Of a DNA stretch of 64,000 nt, positions 58,320 through 64,000 are shown in pieces (position 1 is the stretch's first letter; each line of letters starts with the position of its first letter). The stretch comes from an uncultured virus (IMG/VR IMGVR_UViG_3300009034_002461) (Duplodnaviria > Heunggongvirae > Uroviricota > Caudoviricetes), in the IMG/VR virus record IMGVR_UViG_3300009034_002461, one strand, 5' to 3'. Below the pieces are notes generated by a model that was given only the letters and a program-made list of their open reading frames with translations, did not search any database and had not been told where the DNA came from. The position numbers were made by a program, and so were the translations under genes.

Positions 58320-58986
58320 ATTCCCAATCTAATTCATGCGAACTATAAAATTGAGTATTTGGAAAATCTATCACTAAATACTCAAGATGTTTTATCATGG
58401 CTTTAGATTTATACCAATCTTCATTTTGATATTCTTTATTTGCTTTGGTTAAATAATCATTTTTATAAAAATCTATACCAAATAAATATAATTTTTCGGG
58501 ACTATTTTCCATCAAACATAAATCAATAGCTAAAAGACTTGTCGTTGGCCACGCTCTTCTGTTTTTGTGTCTGATTTCTAATTTTCCGTTCCTAATCTTC
58601 CTCTTTAATTTTTTTATAATATCTTTATAACAATCACATTCTTCCATATAATGTTGAATATTTTCCATTCCGACAGAAGGATATCCTCTAGTTTTCATTT
58701 TTTGTGGAAGAAATTTTACATCAACTGGGTAAGCATTTTTAAAATCTTTTGATTCAAATGAATTGCATATTACTTCTCGGATACGAAGTTTTTTATATAA
58801 CTTTTCAGATAATTGATTCGGACCCCTGCCAACAACATGAATGATATTTTTGTTTAAGAAATAATCAATTCCTATTTCTTTTATTTCTTTATTAAAATTA
58901 TTAATAATATAAATGGCATCAAAATGACATTGAATATCTTTGTAATTAATCAAGCTTTTTCCGCGTCCAAGCACAGCACATATCAT
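58297..58986 (-). CDS. GT29/GT42/Maf-like CMP-sugar transferase-like protein
   Basis: CAVLGRGKSL, IINNF, WPTTSLLAI, LYLFGIDFY...Y. Confidence 0.65.
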   Translation of the reverse strand: MICAVLGRGKSLINYKDIQCHFDAIYIINNFNKEIKEIGIDYFLNKNIIHVVGRGPNQLSEKLYKKLRIREVICNSFESKDFKNAYPVDVKFLPQKMKTRGYPSVGMENIQHYMEECDCYKDIIKKLKRKIRNGKLEIRHKNRRAWPTTSLLAIDLCLMENSPEKLYLFGIDFYKNDYLTKANKEYQNEDWYKSKAMIKHLEYLVIDFPNTQFYSSHELDWEFDNWNNV

Positions 58987-58988
58987 AA

Positions 58989-59948
58989 TTATCTCCCCAA
59001 TATTTTTTCAAAGAAATCTTTATATTGCAAGGCGATATTATGTATATCAATATGTTTATTACTTACTACTATATCTCCTTGAATTGCTCTATGAAAAGCA
59101 GCAACGATTATGTTTGTATCAAACTTAGGAGGATTATATAAATCAACTGGTTCAAAGTCATATGGTTTATCTATCTTGCAGATTATCCCGCCAGCATGTT
59201 TGACAATTTCTTTCGTTCCTCCAACATTATTAGTAATAACTATCTTTTTAGCACATATTGCTTCAACGACAGAATTAGGACAACAATCAAACCAACATAG
59301 ATGCACTACGGCATTTGACATTATTAAGTACCTTGCCAAAGAAGCGAATCTAAGTATTCCAAGATATCTAACTTTAGATGTAGAAAAATATCTTCTAATA
59401 TGCTTTCTAGATAAACCAGATTGTTTTAAATCGCCAGCAATCCATAAACACGAATTTGGGATTTCGGCATGCAAAAATGACTTTATTGTTCTTTTTAAAC
59501 GTTTATGAGGTCGCCATCTTGAAAAAGCCAAAAAATTATATTCGAAATCAGATTCGGCTGGTTTTATGGAAGAAAAATATTCAGGATCTGCTCCATTTAA
59601 TATTACTTTACTAGGTATATCAAATTTATGTATATATCTTCTTACCATATTTTTACTAAATTCTGATTGATATATGACAGCATCAGCTTCTTTACTATGC
59701 TTTTTAATATCATAATTCAATTCTTTATATGATATTGCTGTATTATGATAAACGCCATTAAACCTGACAACTTTTAGTTTGGCATTTGTTTTTTTCTTTA
59801 TTTTAATAAGATGTAATGATATATCATGGGGTTTTTTGGGATTACTTGTTATGTCCACGCCAAGATTTTTCAAAGCATCTGATAATCTTAACATAAAAAG
59901 CCCCTTGCCTGTTTTTGCATGTTTATTAAGTGGTAAATATATTTTCAT
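58989..59948 (-). CDS. GT4 glycosyltransferase
   Basis: YQSEFSK, VILNG, WRPHKRL, DCCPNSVVEA, GGTKEI. Confidence 0.9.
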   Translation of the reverse strand: MKIYLPLNKHAKTGKGLFMLRLSDALKNLGVDITSNPKKPHDISLHLIKIKKKTNAKLKVVRFNGVYHNTAISYKELNYDIKKHSKEADAVIYQSEFSKNMVRRYIHKFDIPSKVILNGADPEYFSSIKPAESDFEYNFLAFSRWRPHKRLKRTIKSFLHAEIPNSCLWIAGDLKQSGLSRKHIRRYFSTSKVRYLGILRFASLARYLIMSNAVVHLCWFDCCPNSVVEAICAKKIVITNNVGGTKEIVKHAGGIICKIDKPYDFEPVDLYNPPKFDTNIIVAAFHRAIQGDIVVSNKHIDIHNIALQYKDFFEKILGR

Positions 59949-59950
59949 AA

Positions 59951-60580
59951 TTAATTATAGAACATTAAGTTTGGCCATCTCGTATCCTTATTGCGAATCT
60001 TTATATCAGAGAAATAAGGAGAAAAGAGATTCTTTACCTGTTTTATATTATACAATCCCAATTCATTAGCTGGTTTACCTGGCTTAATATCTTCGGATAT
60101 TTCTGGGTGGACTCCCACAATCAATAATTGTATATTTGGTAAAATATCACGCATCATATTTATCTCTTCATTATTTAAATGATGTAAAACTTGAAATACC
60201 ATTATGGCGTTTATATTATCGTTAAAAAATTGTTTATCTTTCACATAATCAAAAAAACTCATATAATAAAAACTACAATTTTTAACATGAAAATATTTGC
60301 TAGCAAATTTTGCTTTTTTTATAACTTTTTTTTCTCTATCTATATCTATTCCAATAACATTTTTGAACTTTTTAGAAGCTACAATTGAATATACTCCATT
60401 ATTACAGCCAACATCTAAAACATTCAATGATGAGCAAAGAGAATTACTAATTGAATTTATGAATTTTATAGCACCCGTTAAACGTTTATTGAGTTTCTGG
60501 TGACCGCCCTTGCCATTAATTTCTATCCACTTCTCCTTTAATTTTGGATATAATTTTTTAAATTTCTTAACTGTAATCAT
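59951..60580 (-). CDS. Class I SAM methyltransferase (paralog family)
   Basis: VLDVGCNNG, VIGIDID, FQVLHHL, RWP. Confidence 0.85.
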   Translation of the reverse strand: MITVKKFKKLYPKLKEKWIEINGKGGHQKLNKRLTGAIKFINSISNSLCSSLNVLDVGCNNGVYSIVASKKFKNVIGIDIDREKKVIKKAKFASKYFHVKNCSFYYMSFFDYVKDKQFFNDNINAIMVFQVLHHLNNEEINMMRDILPNIQLLIVGVHPEISEDIKPGKPANELGLYNIKQVKNLFSPYFSDIKIRNKDTRWPNLMFYN

Positions 60581-60590
60581 TATTCGAACC

Positions 60591-61217
60591 TTATTTAGTT
60601 ATAATTAATGTTGGCCATCTTGTAGATAAATTACGGACTTTTATTTTTGTAAAAAATGGAGAAAAATAATCAGTCGCCTGTTTAATTGTATATAATCCCA
60701 ATTTATTTGCTGGCTTTCCTGGTTCAATTCTATCCCCGACTTCAGGACGCACACTTATAATAAGAATTTTTATATCAGGCAATAATTGTTTCAACATAAA
60801 TATTTCATCGTCATCTAAATGATATAAAACCTGAAAACCGAGAATGGCTTTGATTTTATCATGCTCAAATTTTCCACTATCAACATATTTAAAGAAACCC
60901 ATTTTATGAAAAGAACAATTTTGCCTATGAAAAAAATTAGCAGCTATTTTTGCTTTTTTAATAACACTTTTAGAATCACGATCAGTATCTATCCCAATAA
61001 CTTTTTTAAATTTATAAGAAGCCGCGACAGATAATATGCCACAATTGCATCCGATGTCCAAAGCATTACAAGAATATTGGCTTAATTTATTAATTTGTTT
61101 TACTGCATTAAATAATCTTTCATTGGGTTTTTGATAATTACCCCTTTTGTTAACTTTTTTTTGCCAAGATGATTTCAGTTCTGGATATCTTTTCTCTATT
61201 TTGCGTTTAGCTAACAT
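60591..61217 (-). CDS. Class I SAM methyltransferase (paralog family)
   Basis: ALDIGCNCG, VIGID, FQVLYHL, PGKPAN.LGLY.IKQ shared with its neighbour, RWPT. Confidence 0.85.
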   Translation of the reverse strand: MLAKRKIEKRYPELKSSWQKKVNKRGNYQKPNERLFNAVKQINKLSQYSCNALDIGCNCGILSVAASYKFKKVIGIDTDRDSKSVIKKAKIAANFFHRQNCSFHKMGFFKYVDSGKFEHDKIKAILGFQVLYHLDDDEIFMLKQLLPDIKILIISVRPEVGDRIEPGKPANKLGLYTIKQATDYFSPFFTKIKVRNLSTRWPTLIITK

Positions 61218-61227
61218 AGGAATCTCA

Positions 61228-61986
61228 TTAATCGTCTAAAAATTTAGTATTTTTCCTTGTAATCCCTTCTCTTCTTCTTAACTTATCTTGTTTATTTAAT
61301 ATTCTGGTGACTTTATCATTGTATTTTTTATTCTTTTTTCTCATACTCATCATAGATTTTTTATGGCATCTATAATAAGCAGCGTCAATATTTATAAACT
61401 TTTTAGAAACTCTTTGCAATTCATTATCATTATGACCGAATAATCTCCACCACATTTCTTTATCTGCTCTAGATCTTAATTTTTCGTCATACAATCCGAA
61501 TTTCCTATGAATGTTTTTTTTATACAATACTGTTTGAGCATGAATTCTCGCATGACCTCTCACTGCATTTTTGTGATTTATCTTATACGCTTGTTTTAAA
61601 CTTGTATTATATTCTACGTTAATAGCTTTTGCATGAACGAAATCAACCTTATAATCTAGCAACCCAAATACCCTTCTTGAAATAGATTTTTCGGTCATCA
61701 TATCATCAGCATCTAATACAGTTATAATTTTGCCTTTAGAATGCGTTATCCCAATGTTTTTAGCAACTGAATAGCCAGAATTAACTGGTGTCTTTAACAG
61801 AGTTATATTATCTGCGCGATCTTGTAATGACTTAACTATCTTAACAGAATTATCAGTAGAACAATCATTGATTACAATTATTTCAAAATTTCCATAATCT
61901 TGTCTAAGTATAGATTTTAAACACCATTTTATATATTGTTCATAGTTATATAGCGGAACTATAACGCTTACTAATGGGCGCCCCAT
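61228..61986 (-). CDS. GT2 glycosyltransferase
   Basis: VSVIVPLYN, EIIVINDCSTDNS, N.G...AKN.G, LDADD. Confidence 0.93.
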   Translation of the reverse strand: MGRPLVSVIVPLYNYEQYIKWCLKSILRQDYGNFEIIVINDCSTDNSVKIVKSLQDRADNITLLKTPVNSGYSVAKNIGITHSKGKIITVLDADDMMTEKSISRRVFGLLDYKVDFVHAKAINVEYNTSLKQAYKINHKNAVRGHARIHAQTVLYKKNIHRKFGLYDEKLRSRADKEMWWRLFGHNDNELQRVSKKFINIDAAYYRCHKKSMMSMRKKNKKYNDKVTRILNKQDKLRRREGITRKNTKFLDD

Positions 61987-62747
61987 GTTTGTTTCCCTTT
62001 ATAATAATTGAAAAATCTCAGCATTTCAGATGCATGATATTCAATATTTTTTTTATCCTTATCTGACAGCTTTTTCATTGACATTTTATTAAAATCAGGA
62101 GATTTTTTTACGGTAAAATATTTGTTGTCTCCACATATATTTAATCGTGGTATTTCCCATTTTTTCTTTATCTTAATAGGATCGACACCTATAAAATCAA
62201 ATACTTTATCCATTGTCGATTGCACATCACTGCATAAATCTTCATATGTTATTAGTAAAAAATCTATTTTTTCTGAATCTCCCATCATAATTTTATTACA
62301 CTCATTCCATTGTTTTGCGCATATTTTAATTTTATGTCCTCTTCTACGGTGAATGCCCTCTGCAACCGCATACCCATTTCTAACGATTCCAATAAATTTA
62401 GATGGTGGAAAAGCAAGATCCATGAACTCAAGCCTTAACATGTGATGAGGGGATTTTTCTACTAAAAACTTTTTAGACAAATCCCAATTCTTATAAAAAT
62501 CTCTCTTTATTTTTTCTGCATGATGTTTAACTAAATCATCTTTACTCCAACGGTACACACTAGGATATAAAGCAAACAAACGTCTTTTTAAACCAAGTTT
62601 TGCATCATGTGGTAAATACTTACAATAATGTTGTCCCTCTTGCATCAGTACTGATAGTTCTTTATTTTTACTCATAAAAAATCTTAAAAGACCTGTGCCA
62701 GAATTTGTACATCCAGTTATAAATATATGAATATGTTCCAAGACCAT
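61971..62747 (-). CDS. Sulfotransferase
   Basis: FITGCTNSGTGLL, VEKSP, IVRNGYAVA, YEDL. Confidence 0.88.
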   Translation of the reverse strand: MVLEHIHIFITGCTNSGTGLLRFFMSKNKELSVLMQEGQHYCKYLPHDAKLGLKRRLFALYPSVYRWSKDDLVKHHAEKIKRDFYKNWDLSKKFLVEKSPHHMLRLEFMDLAFPPSKFIGIVRNGYAVAEGIHRRRGHKIKICAKQWNECNKIMMGDSEKIDFLLITYEDLCSDVQSTMDKVFDFIGVDPIKIKKKWEIPRLNICGDNKYFTVKKSPDFNKMSMKKLSDKDKKNIEYHASEMLRFFNYYKGKQTWGAH

Positions 62748-62750
62748 CTC

Positions 62751-63665
62751 CTATTGTTTAAGATATTTTATAAATTTTCTCATATTTCTTCCTCTACTAC
62801 CTATCTTTTCATTTAATAATTCTACCATATTATTTTGAAGTTTCAGTCTTAATTCTTCATTCATCATTAACTTATTTAGATATTCAGATGCAATATTTAG
62901 ATCCCTGGCCGGATACACCATCGCCGTCTTTCCATGTACGGCATAATCATTCATTCCATTTCTGATATAATCGGTACATATCAATGCACACCCAGACAAA
63001 GAAGACTCAATGGGGGGATTATGCAGTCCTTCTAATTCGGTTGGTGCAAACCATACTTTTATTTTGTTATACCAATTATTAAGGACTTTTTCTTTAGGAT
63101 TTTTTATGTCTCTATTCAACATCTCCAATTTATATCCAGTTTTTTGAGATATTTTCACGGCATCTTCATGTCTCTTTGTTTTATGCAATTTGCTATATAG
63201 TGCCCCGAATATATTTTCGCGTTCTACTTGTTTCACGCAAAATTTATTATCATCTATTCCTGGATAAATCAATTCTGATTTTATATTATGACTTGATAGA
63301 TATTTTTTCAACCATTCGCTATTAACTATACACTTCAAAGATCTATAACACGATAATAATTTCTTTTCACTTGCATTCCACAATTCATGAGCCCTTATAT
63401 AATAGAACTTTTTCTTTATCTTTGATCTTAGCACATCTTCAACGCTATAGTAGCCAGTTGCAATAACAACATGCCCATTTGGACATTTATTGCCCACAAT
63501 AAATTGTATATTCTTCAAATTATGCCATGTATATTTATTTAGGACATTGCTATAGAATATAATCTCATGACCTAATTTACACAAAACTCTTCCACACTTA
63601 ACAAGAGTTCTACTACCTCCATTGTTTCCCAAGCCTGTATTGTAAAGATTGAATACTATTTTCAT
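62751..63665 (-). CDS. GT4 glycosyltransferase
   Basis: NNGGSRT, VNSEWL, EGLHNPPIE. Confidence 0.85.
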   Translation of the reverse strand: MKIVFNLYNTGLGNNGGSRTLVKCGRVLCKLGHEIIFYSNVLNKYTWHNLKNIQFIVGNKCPNGHVVIATGYYSVEDVLRSKIKKKFYYIRAHELWNASEKKLLSCYRSLKCIVNSEWLKKYLSSHNIKSELIYPGIDDNKFCVKQVERENIFGALYSKLHKTKRHEDAVKISQKTGYKLEMLNRDIKNPKEKVLNNWYNKIKVWFAPTELEGLHNPPIESSLSGCALICTDYIRNGMNDYAVHGKTAMVYPARDLNIASEYLNKLMMNEELRLKLQNNMVELLNEKIGSRGRNMRKFIKYLKQ

Positions 63666-64000
63666 AAGATATTTTTAATTAATTTATATAAATGATCGAC
63701 AGCTTTTTCCATGCATATATTATCATCATAATATTTCTTTATATTACCATCACAATTAAGCATCTTCTCAACTCCATTCATAATATTTTTTCCGTTGACA
63801 AGAATACCAGTTTCTTCAGTGATATATTTTTCATGCCAAAAATTCATATTATTAGTAGCAACAACTGGGATGCCACAAGCTAGATATTCTGGTATGACTC
63901 TTGGACATGAATCATAGTTAGTTGAGCAACAAACTCCCACTTTACATGAACTAATTTTTTCAGGCAAATATTTCCGCAAAAACCATCCTGCCCAATTTAT
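63662..64000 (-). CDS. GT4 glycosyltransferase, C-terminal part (starts beyond the right edge)
   Basis: The frame is open to 64000; DSCPRVIPEYLACGIPVV, ETG.LV. Confidence 0.85.
   Translation of the reverse strand: MNWAGWFLRKYLPEKISSCKVGVCCSTNYDSCPRVIPEYLACGIPVVATNNMNFWHEKYITEETGILVNGKNIMNGVEKMLNCDGNIKKYYDDNICMEKAVDHLYKLIKNIL

Noticed and set aside
2082..63883. All plus-strand ORFs and short nested minus-strand ORFs in the track
   Set aside because: They are antisense or out-of-frame shadows of well-supported minus-strand genes and carry no recognisable motifs.
1..64000. Eukaryotic giant virus origin
   Set aside because: SD motifs, translationally coupled overlaps, a single-strand operon layout and a prepilin gene point to a prokaryotic host.

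Overview
AT-rich, very gene-dense window in which every credible gene lies on the minus strand, with bacterial-type Shine-Dalgarno sites and ATGA/abutting overlaps. It most resembles part of a large (jumbo) phage or other large extrachromosomal element. This is an inference: no capsid, terminase or portal gene is in the window. A Planctomycete-type pilin-like gene hints at a PVC-superphylum host. The left 9 kb holds: a tandem array of 23-aa Trp-repeat genes whose variation concentrates in the dipeptide after each Trp; a catalytically dead phage-type metallopeptidase; an internally deleted TnpB/Cas12f-like pseudogene followed by a structured region with a lone CRISPR I-E-like repeat; topoisomerase I; and an intein-split nucleotidyltransferase. 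The remaining ~55 kb, which runs off the right edge, is one glycan synthesis and decoration locus. It includes a pseudaminic-acid pathway with amidino/formyl tailoring, part of the Wbp pathway, about 13 glycosyltransferase-like genes, about 14 methyltransferases, 4 sulfotransferases, 2 radical SAM enzymes, and 7 close plus 2 distant stand-alone ParB/Sulfiredoxin-like genes. No flippase, polymerase, ABC exporter or initiating transferase is visible. All calls come from reading motifs by eye; no database searches were run.
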